Shown: one piece after another, positions 28,278 to 38,112 of the stretch
How positions within the stretch are numbered: position 1 is the stretch's first letter
How the letters are laid out: every line of letters begins with the position of its first letter
DNA from: Candidatus Krumholzibacteriia bacterium
GTDB taxonomy: Bacteria > Krumholzibacteriota > Krumholzibacteriia > JAJRXK01
Assembly: GCA_041484665.1 (NCBI GenBank)
Contig: JBGPIA010000004.1
Coordinates: forward strand, 96,001-160,000
DNA: 64,000 nucleotides
Direction: 5' to 3'
Notes under the pieces: generated by a model
What the model was told of the DNA's origin: nothing
The model's database searches: none
Seen by the model: the letters and a program-made list of their open reading frames with translations, nothing else
Program-made: the position numbers and the translations under genes

Positions 28278-28315
28278 CGCGGCCGGATGCGGACAACGCG
28301 GCCGGATGCGGACAG
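28278..28315. repeat. 19-bp tandem direct repeat upstream of mrp
   Basis: CGCGGCCGGATGCGGACAA / CGCGGCCGGATGCGGACAG. Confidence 0.8.
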
Positions 28316-28477
28316 CGCGCCCAGTGGGCGCCGCGCAGGGCGCCCCATTGACGCTGCCCGCAGCCGGCCGGGATACTCCGCGCCTGCGGGGGCCGCGCCT
28401 GGCGCGCGGACGGTAAGCAAACACAGACCCCGCAGGCGAGCAACCCGAAAAGGCACACGATTCCAGGAGCGCCCCGC

Positions 28478-29251
28478 TTGCCCTCCTTGAGCGTCACGCT
28501 GATCGTGCGCGACGAGCAGGAGAACCTGCCCGACGCCCTGCGCAGCTGCGAAGCGCTGGCCGACGAGATCGTCGTGGTGGACACGGGCAGCCGCGACGCC
28601 ACGCCGAGCATCGCGCGGGAGCACGCCAAGGTCCGCCTGCTGCACGCCGACTTCCAGGACTTCAGCCAGGCGAAGGGCCTGGCCCTGGAGCAGGCAACCG
28701 GGGAGTGGGTGCTGGCGCTGGACGCCGATGAGCGCGTCAGCCAGCAGCTCGCGGACGCCATTGCGCGACTGCGCGCCAGTGGCGAACTGGCGCGCCACGC
28801 CGGCTACACCATCCACCGCCAAACGCGCATCCTCGGGCGCACCATGACGTCCATGGGTCTGCAGCGCGACGATCCGCTGCGTCTGTTCCGGCGCGAGGGG
28901 GCAAGCTACAACCGGCGGCCGGTGCACGAGGGGATCGTGCTTCCGCCGGGCGCGAGCGTGGGCCGCCTCGAGGAGCCTCTGCTCCACCACACCTTCGGCG
29001 GGGTCGACGCCTACCTGCGCAAGATCGACCTCTACACCACGCTGGAGATCAGGGAGGGCGGGCGGCGATTCAGCCTCTGGCACCTGGTGGCGGGACCGCC
29101 CAGCACATTCCTGCGCTTCTACGTCAGCCGCGGCGGCTACCGCGACGGGTTCCAAGGCTTCCTGTGGGCGAGCCTGACCGCGATCGGGGTGTTCCTGCGC
29201 GACGTCAAGCTCTGGATCGCCCGCGAGCAGGCGGCCGGACGCCTGCGCTAG
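28478..29251 (+). CDS. Glycosyltransferase family 2 (WaaE/KdtX-like LPS beta-1,4-glucosyltransferase)
   Basis: LSVTLIVRDE, VVDTGSRDAT, WVLALDADE, RLFRR, VHE, GYRDGFQG. Confidence 0.9.
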   Translation: MPSLSVTLIVRDEQENLPDALRSCEALADEIVVVDTGSRDATPSIAREHAKVRLLHADFQDFSQAKGLALEQATGEWVLALDADERVSQQLADAIARLRASGELARHAGYTIHRQTRILGRTMTSMGLQRDDPLRLFRREGASYNRRPVHEGIVLPPGASVGRLEEPLLHHTFGGVDAYLRKIDLYTTLEIREGGRRFSLWHLVAGPPSTFLRFYVSRGGYRDGFQGFLWASLTAIGVFLRDVKLWIAREQAAGRLR

Positions 29252-30849
29252 CGCGCTCCCAGGAGTTTGCGCTCAGCGATCTCCCGCCCGCGGTCGGTGA
29301 ACTCACGGAATGGATGCCCGGGGCACTGGCCGTCGAGGTAGTCGTAGATGGCCAGCGCTTGCTCGGCTCCCGCGTCCTGCCGCACCAGCTCGTCGGCAAT
29401 CTGGACCAGGCCCTTGATGGCCGGCACGAGGCCGGGGTCGAGCCCTAGCAGGCGCGTGTAGAGCGAGGTCGCCACGTCCAGCTTGCGCAGCACCTTCTGG
29501 GCGTGGGCGACCTTCAGCCAGTCCTCGGGCGAGAGTCCCAGCTCGTCCAGCTGGTCGGCGAACGGCTCGAGCAGGTCACCGATGGCGCCGTGGCTGCCTA
29601 GAGCGCAGGACTGCTGCGCGGCCTCGCGCGCCGTGGCCAGCGCGATGCCGGGGCGTACCTGCTTCTCCAACGCGGCCAAGCGCGCCAGCAGCTGCGGCTG
29701 GCGTCCCCGCGCCGCCATCAGCTCGTCCAGCTCGGCGAGCGCCTTGGCCGGTTCGGTGCGGGCCAGCCGCTCGTTGGCGCGTAGGACCTCCAGCACGCTG
29801 GCGTTGGCGAGCTGGCTCTTGGGGGGCAACGCGTGCTCGGGGGTGACCGCCGCCGCGCGTGGCCCGGCGTGCGGCGGGTTGGGCATCGTGGCGTGGGGTG
29901 GAGTGGCCGACCCGGCACGCGGGGCCGGGCGAGCCGATGCCGAGGCCGCCACCGTGGCCGCCGCCGAGGCCGCCGAGGCGGCCGCGGCCGCCTCGATCAG
30001 AGCGGAGTCCACGGCGCGCGAGACGCCGCCCGCCGCGAGGCCGAAAATCTGCACCGAGCCACTGTCCGCGGCAGACGCGCGCGGCTTTGGACCCGACGCG
30101 CCGGCATCCACGCCGACCACGCCCACGCGGATGAATCCGCCGACGAGCCGGCCGAGCAGCAGCAGCATCACGCCAAAGCTATAGACACCGGCGATGACGC
30201 CAAAGGCGACCATCGCATTGAGCTTGCCGTTGCCCAGGGCGACGGCGAACAGGTAGGCGAGCCCCATCCCGCCCAGCGAGCCCCCCAGGTACACCGCGAT
30301 CAGGGCGGCGACGTCGTGGCCGCGGCCTGCGAACATCGAGCGCCACTGCTCGCGGTCGAGGAGGTCGGCGAAGCTGAGCGCGGAGACGCTCGCAATCAGG
30401 AACAGAGGCGGAAGCAGCGCGAAGGAGAGCACCAGGAGGGCCAGCCCCGGGCCCACGGCGCCGGCGACGCCGCCCGTCATCAGCCGGGCGGGGAGGTCCT
30501 GTGCCACCCCGCGCGCCAGCAGGCCTGCGGGGATCAGCCAGAGCAGGTTCAGGAACAGGAAGCGACCCAGCGCCGCCACGGCCTCGGGCCAGTTGGAGCC
30601 GTCGTCCTTGAAGAAGCCAGCGTGCGGCGACCCGAACGCGCTCTGCAGCGCGATGCGCAGCAGGAACAGGCTGTTGACCACGAACAGGACCAGTGGCATG
30701 AGACCGCTGCCGGCCCCCGACCGCAGCAGCACCCCCAGTCCCAGCAGCAGGCCGCCACAGAACAGCCCGATGACCACTGCATACGGAGAAAGGCTCTGCC
30801 AGAGGATCGCGGCGACCTCGCCGCCGTACTGGCCATTCTTGCGTTCCAT
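29248..30849 (-). CDS. Multi-pass membrane protein with an Ala/Pro linker and C-terminal TPR-like domain
   Basis: About 6 hydrophobic segments, then a low-complexity linker, then helical repeats. Confidence 0.65.
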   Translation of the reverse strand: MERKNGQYGGEVAAILWQSLSPYAVVIGLFCGGLLLGLGVLLRSGAGSGLMPLVLFVVNSLFLLRIALQSAFGSPHAGFFKDDGSNWPEAVAALGRFLFLNLLWLIPAGLLARGVAQDLPARLMTGGVAGAVGPGLALLVLSFALLPPLFLIASVSALSFADLLDREQWRSMFAGRGHDVAALIAVYLGGSLGGMGLAYLFAVALGNGKLNAMVAFGVIAGVYSFGVMLLLLGRLVGGFIRVGVVGVDAGASGPKPRASAADSGSVQIFGLAAGGVSRAVDSALIEAAAAASAASAAATVAASASARPAPRAGSATPPHATMPNPPHAGPRAAAVTPEHALPPKSQLANASVLEVLRANERLARTEPAKALAELDELMAARGRQPQLLARLAALEKQVRPGIALATAREAAQQSCALGSHGAIGDLLEPFADQLDELGLSPEDWLKVAHAQKVLRKLDVATSLYTRLLGLDPGLVPAIKGLVQIADELVRQDAGAEQALAIYDYLDGQCPGHPFREFTDRGREIAERKLLGAR

Positions 30850-31076
30850 CGCTGCGCTCCCGGGAGAGTCGCATTCTGCAATGCGGCCTCCCTTCTCGGG
30901 ATGGATGGGCGGTCGTTCCCCAACACTGGAGCGGCGACGCAAGGATCGCGCCCGGACCGGGTTGCGCCGGATGGGGTGCGCTGAGGGCGGCGCTTCCCGG
31001 TTGATCCCCGGGGGGCTCCGTCGCCGCGCCGGTCGCGAGCGCGCAAGCAGCAATCCCTGCCGGGTTGCAGCGCAGG

Positions 31077-31421
31077 CTAGGGCTGGGCGAAGGAGGCGAC
31101 GGCCGCCGCCTCATCCTCGAACGTCTCGAAGATGAGCTCCAGCTGCGTAACGTGGAGGATGTTGTCGATGCGGTCGGAGACCTCGGCGATCTTCATGCGG
31201 CCGCCGTTCTTGACCAGCGTCGTGTACGCCGAGACCAGCAGCCCCAGCCCCGTGCTGTTGATCCACTTCACCTTGGAGAGGTTCAGCACGATATCGACCT
31301 TGCCCTGGGAGATGAAGCTCTTGATCGTGTTGTTGAACAGCTCGAAGTCCTCGCCGCCCATGATCTTGCCCGAGATGTCCAGGACGGTGACGTCACCCTT
31401 GTCGCGCTGCTTGATCTTCAA
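31077..31421 (-). CDS. STAS-domain anti-sigma-factor antagonist
   Basis: TTG start after GGAGGG; VLDISGKI, VLNLSKVKWINSTGLGLLV, FETFEDE. Confidence 0.92.
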   Translation of the reverse strand: MKIKQRDKGDVTVLDISGKIMGGEDFELFNNTIKSFISQGKVDIVLNLSKVKWINSTGLGLLVSAYTTLVKNGGRMKIAEVSDRIDNILHVTQLELIFETFEDEAAAVASFAQP

Positions 31422-31465
31422 GAGACCCTCCCCGGCGTACCGCCACGCCCTCCCGCCGCCCCCGA

Positions 31466-34111
31466 CTACTGCACCATCGTGACGGCGCGCGCGCGCACGC
31501 TGCCAGCCGCTTCCAGGCGCACCTGGTAGACCCCGCTCCCCAGGCGCGAGCCCGCATCGTCCCGGCCGTCGAACACGGTGCTGAACGCCCCAGCCGGCCG
31601 CCGTTCGTGCAGCAGCGTCCGTACACGCCGGCCGCGCGCGTCGAATACCGACAGATCCACAGCCCCGGCCGCGGGCAGCGTGAATGGGATGAGCGTGGCG
31701 GGGTTGAACGGATTGGGGACGTTGGCCGCAAGCGTCAGGCGTGCCGGGGCCGAGGTTGCATCGCTGACGGCGACCTCCCCGAGCCACTGTTCGGGCGACT
31801 GCGGGGTGGCGCCCAGCATGCGGTAGGTGCGCCGCCCGGCCAGGGGTGTGGGGTCGAAGACGGCCCCCTCACCCTGCGCCGCGGGCAGCGCCTGCACCAG
31901 CGCGTAGTCGCCCTGGCCGTCGCGGCGCTGCAGCAGCAGCTGCGTGAGCGTCCCCGCCTCGGGCAGGCGCCACTGCACCCTCACGCCGCCGGGCTGCGGC
32001 CGCGCTGAGAAGTCGAGGAGCGTGACCGCCGGGACCAGGCAGTTCCCGACCGCCCGCTGAGCATCGAGCTTGCCGTAGCCCCACGCCACATTGGGCGTGG
32101 CGCCGGTCTGCGCGTCGGTCTGCCCCCCGCACTCGAGGTACTGCTTCGCCAGCGCGGCGTTCATGTTGGGGAAGCGCTCGAGCATCAGCGCCACCGTGCC
32201 GGCGACGTGGGGGCCGGCCTGGCTGGTCCCCTGCAGCAGCCAGTGTTGCCCGTCGGGCTCCACCAGCGGGTCGATCTGCGGCGAGCGCGTGACGGCCGAC
32301 GAGAGGCTGGAGATGATCCCCTGCCCGGGGGCGGCGATCTCGGGCTTGAGGACGCCGTCCCGCCGCGGGCCATTGGAAGAGAAGGTCGACAGCGCTCCCA
32401 GGGTGGGCAGCGGGTTGTACTGGTAGTTGTTCCCGTCGATGGACGACCACGTGCGCTTGGACACGTAGCTCGCGACGGCGATGACCTTGGACGCGGTCGC
32501 GGGCGAGCCGACCACGCCCAGCGCGTCCCGTCCGGCCGTGAAGCTCGCCTCCCCGGAGCCAGCGATGGTGTCGAGGTAGATCCAGGCGTCCACCTGCTCG
32601 GTGGCTCCGCCCGCGGTCGCGACGAACGTGAAGGTCCAGTTCCCGGCCCGCGGCGGCTGCGCCGCCACGGAATCGTAGATGCGGATCGTGATGCTGCGCA
32701 TCCCGTTGGGCTGCACTCCACCCACGCCGTTGAGGATTTCGATCCGTCCGTCGGCCGTGAGATTGGCCGTCGAGGATGTACCCTTCACCACCGGTCCGAC
32801 CGCGATGCTATTCGGGCTGAGCACGCTGACCCGCACGCTGGCCTGGTCGCGCGCCCAGGCGTTGATCTCCAGATCGTCGTTGCCTGCGCCGCCCTGTGGC
32901 GTATACGCGGCGACGTTCGCGACGAGGCTGACGCCGCTGCCGGCCGCATTGCCCTTGGCGTGGATCGCGGCGGCGCCCTCATTGCCGGCCGATGCCACGA
33001 TCACGCGCCCCGGGCCCACCAGGGCGTCGAGAGCCACTTCCAGGCTGCCGGTGCCGTCGTGCGGCCCGAACTGGCTGCCGAGGCTGAGATTGACGACCGC
33101 GGGGAGAGCGAGCGAGGTAGCCTGTTGGAATACGTAGCGCACGCCATCGAGGATCCCCGTGTCGGACAGGTTGGTCTTCACGGCGACGATCGTCGCTTCC
33201 GGCGCAACCCCGATGAAGCGGTACGCGGGCCTCGAGTTGCCGGTTGCGCGGCCCGAGCCGGCGGCGATCCCCGTCACGTGGGTGCCGTGTCCGTCGGTGT
33301 CCATCAGGCGCGCCGTGCCCGCGGAAAGCTGCGCGGAGGTCCAGCCCGTTCCATAGGCAAAGCCAGACGGCGGCCCCGGGGACGCACCGAAGTCCATCTG
33401 GTCCCAGGCGGCGTAGAGGCGGTCGTTGCCCAGGCCGTCGCGGAAGTCCTGGTGGCCGGGGTCGACGCCGCTATCGACCACTCCGACCACGACACCCTGG
33501 CCGCTGAGTCCGGCGTACACGGGCGGAGTGCCGCTGGCGTTATGGACGAGGTCGGCCTTCAGCGCGGGCCCGCTGACGTCAAGATGCAGCACGTTGCGCC
33601 CGGCCCCCTCCAGGTGGCGGACGCCCGCGATAAAGAGCAGCGCGGGCACCCGCTCGAGGGGCAGGTGGATGGCGGTGATCCAGGGGCCGCGGCCGGGGGT
33701 GTCGGTGGCGACCCGCGCTCCGATCCGGGCGCCGAGGGCCTCGAGCGCCGCGGGGAGCACGTCGCCTTCCACCAGCAGGCCGGCGGTGTGGCCCCCGTCG
33801 AAGGTGGCCACACTCGCCACTGACGGCAGCGGCGCACCCTGCTGCACGCCTGCCTGCTGCGGCGCTTCGCGCGCGGCGGCCTGGAGGTAGCCCAGGATGG
33901 TAGCCACCCGATCGTCGTAGCTGCAGCCGCCGGCGCTCGAGACCGGTGCCGGCAGCGCGGCGATTGCGGCCAGGAACAGCCAGGCGCCCGTCAGCAGTCG
34001 CGCGGTCGCCAAGCTCGCCGCCCGCCTGCCTGGGGCTGCGGCGCCGGGCCAAAGGACGGCGGGCCGACCAGGCGTTGGTGTGCCGCGCTGGACGCGGGTG
34101 GAGCGGAACAT
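31466..34111 (-). CDS. Secreted S8 subtilisin-like serine protease with an inserted jelly-roll region and FlgD-like CTD
   Basis: VDSG, HGTHVTG, SAGN, GTSQAGPHVAG; C-terminal NVPNPFNP...VFDARGRRVRTL...FDGRDD...SGVY. Confidence 0.92.
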   Translation of the reverse strand: MFRSTRVQRGTPTPGRPAVLWPGAAAPGRRAASLATARLLTGAWLFLAAIAALPAPVSSAGGCSYDDRVATILGYLQAAAREAPQQAGVQQGAPLPSVASVATFDGGHTAGLLVEGDVLPAALEALGARIGARVATDTPGRGPWITAIHLPLERVPALLFIAGVRHLEGAGRNVLHLDVSGPALKADLVHNASGTPPVYAGLSGQGVVVGVVDSGVDPGHQDFRDGLGNDRLYAAWDQMDFGASPGPPSGFAYGTGWTSAQLSAGTARLMDTDGHGTHVTGIAAGSGRATGNSRPAYRFIGVAPEATIVAVKTNLSDTGILDGVRYVFQQATSLALPAVVNLSLGSQFGPHDGTGSLEVALDALVGPGRVIVASAGNEGAAAIHAKGNAAGSGVSLVANVAAYTPQGGAGNDDLEINAWARDQASVRVSVLSPNSIAVGPVVKGTSSTANLTADGRIEILNGVGGVQPNGMRSITIRIYDSVAAQPPRAGNWTFTFVATAGGATEQVDAWIYLDTIAGSGEASFTAGRDALGVVGSPATASKVIAVASYVSKRTWSSIDGNNYQYNPLPTLGALSTFSSNGPRRDGVLKPEIAAPGQGIISSLSSAVTRSPQIDPLVEPDGQHWLLQGTSQAGPHVAGTVALMLERFPNMNAALAKQYLECGGQTDAQTGATPNVAWGYGKLDAQRAVGNCLVPAVTLLDFSARPQPGGVRVQWRLPEAGTLTQLLLQRRDGQGDYALVQALPAAQGEGAVFDPTPLAGRRTYRMLGATPQSPEQWLGEVAVSDATSAPARLTLAANVPNPFNPATLIPFTLPAAGAVDLSVFDARGRRVRTLLHERRPAGAFSTVFDGRDDAGSRLGSGVYQVRLEAAGSVRARAVTMVQ

Positions 34112-34174
34112 GGCGGTCTCCTCGCAGGGGGTGGGGCCGCCCGCGCGACCCGGTGGACCCGGCGACGGTGCAAG

Positions 34175-34209
34175 AAAAAAGCCGGACCCTCCCGCCTGGG
34201 GGGTCCGGC
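34175..34209 (-). terminator. Rho-independent terminator closing the Rieske/cytochrome operon
   Basis: Minus strand GCCGGACCC...GGGTCCGGC followed by TTTTTT. Confidence 0.8.
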
Positions 34210-34300
34210 AACTCTTCAACTGCGCGGCCTCGCGGTCAAGGCCGCCGCGCGCTGCGCAGCTGCCCGTGTCCGCCGGCCAGCCGGGGACCGCATGGGCCCG

Positions 34301-35047
34301 TCAGCCGCCCAAGGTCAGATCGAGCGCCGTGGGCTTGCCGGCGGTGATCGTGACCTTCTGCTCCTGCTCGCCGAACTTCTCATGCCAGATCTTGACCGTG
34401 TAGCTGCCCGGCGGGATATCGGCGATGGTGAACTTCCCGTCGGCGTCGGAGACCGCATAGTAAGGACTCTCGACGGCCATGATGAACCCGTTCATCCACG
34501 TGTGGCCAGCGTCGCACTTGATGTGCATGAGGCCGGACTTCTTGATCTTGACCGGCTGCTTCATGCCCTGCGTCGGCAGCGCCCGGTTGAAGACAGTCTG
34601 GTCGCCGACTGCATAGCCGTGGCTGTTGTGCAGGATCGGGTCGTCGTTGGTGACGGTGAGGTCGTTGCCGACCATCATCGCCTGGACGTGCGGATGGTAG
34701 CGGCACTCCTTGTTCTGCAGCACCGCCGGGGGCAGCGTCTTGGGGTCCTTGCCCGACGTGATCCCGACGAAGTAGACGATCACGTTGGCGAGGCCGCCGT
34801 CCTTGCCCGCGACCACGCTTTCGTCGGGGACAAAGGCGTGGCAGACGCTCTGGTCCTTGGTCGTGGGGATGGTGCCGGCCTTCGGAGCGACGCCCTTGAC
34901 CTTCATCGTTCCTGTGAGGCTGCCGCCGCCCGAGACAGACGTCACGGTGTACTTGGGAGCTGCTGGAGCCGCGGCCTCCTGCGCGTAAGCGGCTGCCACC
35001 GCCAACAGCAGCAGGATCGCGAGCATTGCCAGGGCCTTGGTTCTCAT
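34301..35047 (-). CDS. Secreted carboxypeptidase-regulatory-like/cupredoxin protein (putative type-1 copper site)
   Basis: Signal peptide; NDDPILHNSH ... KCDAGHTWM; C-terminal DADGKFTIADIPPGSYTVKIWHE. Confidence 0.75.
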   Translation of the reverse strand: MRTKALAMLAILLLLAVAAAYAQEAAAPAAPKYTVTSVSGGGSLTGTMKVKGVAPKAGTIPTTKDQSVCHAFVPDESVVAGKDGGLANVIVYFVGITSGKDPKTLPPAVLQNKECRYHPHVQAMMVGNDLTVTNDDPILHNSHGYAVGDQTVFNRALPTQGMKQPVKIKKSGLMHIKCDAGHTWMNGFIMAVESPYYAVSDADGKFTIADIPPGSYTVKIWHEKFGEQEQKVTITAGKPTALDLTLGG

Positions 35048-35169
35048 CGCGTCGATACTCCTTCTGGTTCGCTGGGCTGAAGCGGTGCTGCGCGCCCCGC
35101 GGTTCTACACCCGCTCCGGTCGATTGGTTCCGCCGTCCCCCTGGGGACCGCGGAGCCGCACTCACGCCA

Positions 35170-35274
35170 GGCAGAGCCTCCGTGGCCCGAGACAACGCCT
35201 CCACGGCCCGAGGCAGAGCCTCACTTGCCCTTGGCAGAGCCTCTCTGGCTCGAGCTGGAGGCTACCTGGCTCGA
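35170..35274. repeat. Five degenerate 21-bp tandem repeats spanning the cytochrome stop codon
   Basis: ggcagagcctccgtggcccga / gacaacgcctccacggcccga / ggcagagcctcacttgccctt / ggcagagcctctctggctcga / gctggaggctacctggctcga. Confidence 0.7.
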
Positions 35275-38088
35275 AAAGGTCATCAAGTAGTCACGCAACG
35301 CCTCGATGTGCTGCGGAGCTTCGGGGAAGAAGTACTCACCGTCGGCGTAGAAGAACGTCGGCATGTTGGTGCCCGGCATCTGGGTCTGCGGATCCGTGAG
35401 CCACGCGACGACCCAGTCCGGCCGCAGGCGCTTGCTGGCCATGGCCAGATTGGGGGCCAGCTGGCTGCGGTCCGCCGCGCTCGCTGCGGTGACCTTCGCC
35501 GGATGGCACTGCTGGCACTTGTAGATCGCGAAGAACTGCGCCCCGTCCTTGGCGTGCGGAAAGGACTGCAGCGCCGGCAGGGGATACGGGTCGTCGTTCT
35601 TCTTGGCCAGGGCCATGAAGTAATTGGCCGCCGTGCCCGCCTCCTCCGGGGTGAAGCCGAAGGTCGGCATGCGCACCTGCACCCACGGGCGGATGGGGAA
35701 TGGCCCGTGGAGGAACTCGACCAACCAGTCCGGTTGGACCTTTGCCCCCTCGTTGGCCAGGTTGGGCGGCCGCATGGCCGGCTCGGGGATGACGTCATAG
35801 ATCGCGCCACCCTCCCCCTCGATCACGTGACAGCCGCGGCAGTTGCGGAACGCGATCAGCCGCTCGCCCTTGGCGATGAGCTCGCCGCGACTGTCCACGC
35901 GCTTGGTCCGATCCAGGGGCACGGTGTTCTTGCTCCAGGCGAGGATGTTTCCCACGATGGCCTGGGCCTGCGGCTCGCTGAAGCCGAACTCCGGCATGCG
36001 CGCCTTCTCCCCCGGCAGCATGTGCATGCCTTCGTCGAAGTTGCGCGGGTGGAGCATCTTGTGCGTGAGCCATGCCTCCAGCGAGGGCTCGAGCCGGACG
36101 TTGTTGAACGCCAGGCGCGCCACGGGCTTGCTCCCCTCCTCGGTGAGCTCGGTGCCGATGGGCAGCGTCTTCTCGAAACCCGCGATTTCGTGACAGCCGA
36201 AGCAGCCCTGGCGCGCGATGATCTTCTCCCCCAGCAGCACCGCGCGCTGGTGCGCGGCGAGCTTGGTGAGCTGCTCGCGCGCGACCGCGACCGGCTGGGT
36301 GTTGGTGAGGTAGTCCATGATCACCGCCTCGACCATCGCCGAGTCGGGCGCGCTGCGCCGGTACGGAGTGTCGTCGCTGCCGCGCAGTGTCGTGAGGTAC
36401 GCAGTGACGTCGAGGGCCTCCTGCTCGGTGAGCCGCAGGTTGGGCATGGCAGTCTTGCTGTCGTACTGTCTGGGGTCGCGGATCCAGTTGAAAATCCACT
36501 CCGGGCTGGTCTTGGTGGCAACGGCCTCCAGGTTCGGCCCGCGCTCGCGGGGCGTGACCGCCCAGTCCTGCTTGGCGTCCTGCTCGGGCCCGATCATGTG
36601 GCAGGCCCGGCATCCGATCGACTCGAACAGCTCCTTGCCCCGGGCGGCGTTGCCGCGCTGGCCGGCGGGCATGGCGTAGGCCCCCCTTGCGGACTTGTCG
36701 AACAGGTAGGCCACGATGCCGTTGACCTCGGCCGCGCTGCGTTTGCTCCAGTAGTCGGCGTCGCCGCGGTACTCGCCCACGACGTTCTCGAGGTTGAAGA
36801 CCCGGGGCATCTTGCTGTGCGCGCGCACCAGCTTGGGGTCGTTGATCCAGCGGTAGGCGAAGGCGGGCGTGAGCTTGCGGGCAACCTGCAGCAGGCTGGG
36901 TCCGATCTTGGGCAGCCCCTCGTAGCCAGCGATCTTGTGGCACCCGTAGCAGCCCGAGCGCTCCACCAGATCCCGGCCGCGGTCGTACTGCGGCGCGCCC
37001 CCGATGTGCCGCGTGCCCTGGTGGCACTTCAGGCACCCGGACTCGTAGTTGTGCGCGGCGAACATCGGCCATTCCCAGTAGTGCATCGGCTTCCAGCCGT
37101 ACTGCTTCCGCCAGCGCGCCGCCTCCTCCTCGTCGTTGGGCGTATGTGCCGTGCGGTTGAAGTCGAGCCCGTTGGGGCGGCCTCCGTGGCACTCGGTGCA
37201 GCCGAAGTCGGCCAGGGAGTGCTTGCTGTTGGAACCGACGAACAGGTCGAGCTTGGGGTGGGTGCGGAAGGGTTGCGGGGCATCCTCCCAGCCCGCCTTG
37301 TCGATCGCCAGATGGCAGGTCTGGCAGCGGTCGATCCTGGCGGTCACGCCGAAATTCACTGTGTAGGTGAGGTTGGGCGGCAGGACCTGTTGGATGCGGA
37401 TCGACGGCGCGATGAAGTCGAGCATGGCGAAGTTGAGCAACCGGTTGCTGAACGTGGGCGCGATCTTCAGCAGGCGCTTCTCCATGGTCCGCACGCTCTT
37501 GGTCAGCTCGTCGAGCTTGGCCGCGGCGTCGTCGTGCTGGCGCGTGATGTCGGCCAGCTGGGCGCTGACGGAGTCGCGCCGGGCTGCCGCCGCTTCGGAG
37601 GCGAGCCGGCGCCGCGACAGCTCGTCCTCCATTCCCTCGATCTTCGAGCGGAGCTTCATGGCCGCGTCGGCGTCATGGCGCTCCTGCGCGGCACCGAACT
37701 CATACTTGACGACGTCGTACGCTGCCTTCAGGAAGCGGGAGGACTGGTCGCGCACATACCAGTCACCGCTGGTCTGGTGCAGGCGCGCCTGCGCGGCGGC
37801 CAGGCGGTCCTGGTGCCCCTGGAGCTCGGCCTGGGCCTGGGTGACCGCTTGCCGGGCAGCGTCGAGCTGCTGCGGCCCGATCTTCTCCAGCTCCTGCGCC
37901 TCGGCCTTCTGCAGGCGCTCGCGCTCCAAACGGTAGTAGTCGCGCTGGTACCGTTTCCAGTCGCGGTTGTAGTCGTCGACGACCATGCCGATCACGCAGA
38001 CGACCATCAGCACGGACAACGCGGCGAACCACCCATTCAGCCGCGGGATGTTGTATTCGTGCAGCGTCTGGGAACGCGCCATGGGCAA
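35221..38088 (-). CDS. Membrane-anchored octaheme cytochrome c with an N-terminal coiled coil
   Basis: N-terminal TM helix; CxxCH x8: CQTCH, CTECH, CLKCH, CYGCH, CRACH, CFGCH, CRGCH, CQQCH. The start may be ATG 38082. Confidence 0.92.
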   Translation of the reverse strand: MPMARSQTLHEYNIPRLNGWFAALSVLMVVCVIGMVVDDYNRDWKRYQRDYYRLERERLQKAEAQELEKIGPQQLDAARQAVTQAQAELQGHQDRLAAAQARLHQTSGDWYVRDQSSRFLKAAYDVVKYEFGAAQERHDADAAMKLRSKIEGMEDELSRRRLASEAAAARRDSVSAQLADITRQHDDAAAKLDELTKSVRTMEKRLLKIAPTFSNRLLNFAMLDFIAPSIRIQQVLPPNLTYTVNFGVTARIDRCQTCHLAIDKAGWEDAPQPFRTHPKLDLFVGSNSKHSLADFGCTECHGGRPNGLDFNRTAHTPNDEEEAARWRKQYGWKPMHYWEWPMFAAHNYESGCLKCHQGTRHIGGAPQYDRGRDLVERSGCYGCHKIAGYEGLPKIGPSLLQVARKLTPAFAYRWINDPKLVRAHSKMPRVFNLENVVGEYRGDADYWSKRSAAEVNGIVAYLFDKSARGAYAMPAGQRGNAARGKELFESIGCRACHMIGPEQDAKQDWAVTPRERGPNLEAVATKTSPEWIFNWIRDPRQYDSKTAMPNLRLTEQEALDVTAYLTTLRGSDDTPYRRSAPDSAMVEAVIMDYLTNTQPVAVAREQLTKLAAHQRAVLLGEKIIARQGCFGCHEIAGFEKTLPIGTELTEEGSKPVARLAFNNVRLEPSLEAWLTHKMLHPRNFDEGMHMLPGEKARMPEFGFSEPQAQAIVGNILAWSKNTVPLDRTKRVDSRGELIAKGERLIAFRNCRGCHVIEGEGGAIYDVIPEPAMRPPNLANEGAKVQPDWLVEFLHGPFPIRPWVQVRMPTFGFTPEEAGTAANYFMALAKKNDDPYPLPALQSFPHAKDGAQFFAIYKCQQCHPAKVTAASAADRSQLAPNLAMASKRLRPDWVVAWLTDPQTQMPGTNMPTFFYADGEYFFPEAPQHIEALRDYLMTFSSQVASSSSQRGSAKGK

Positions 38089-38112
38089 CCCCCCGCCGGA
38101 CCGCGGCGGCTT

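Noticed and set aside
28278..28315. Enterobacterial REP element (GCCGGATGCGG)
   Set aside because: The complementary arm is absent, so it is only a direct repeat; the match is probably coincidental at high GC.
35170..35274. CRISPR-like array, or a selenocysteine TGA at the cytochrome stop
   Set aside because: The units are contiguous degenerate 21-mers with no spacers or cas genes, and the TGA lies in a low-complexity tail, not at a Cys-equivalent position.
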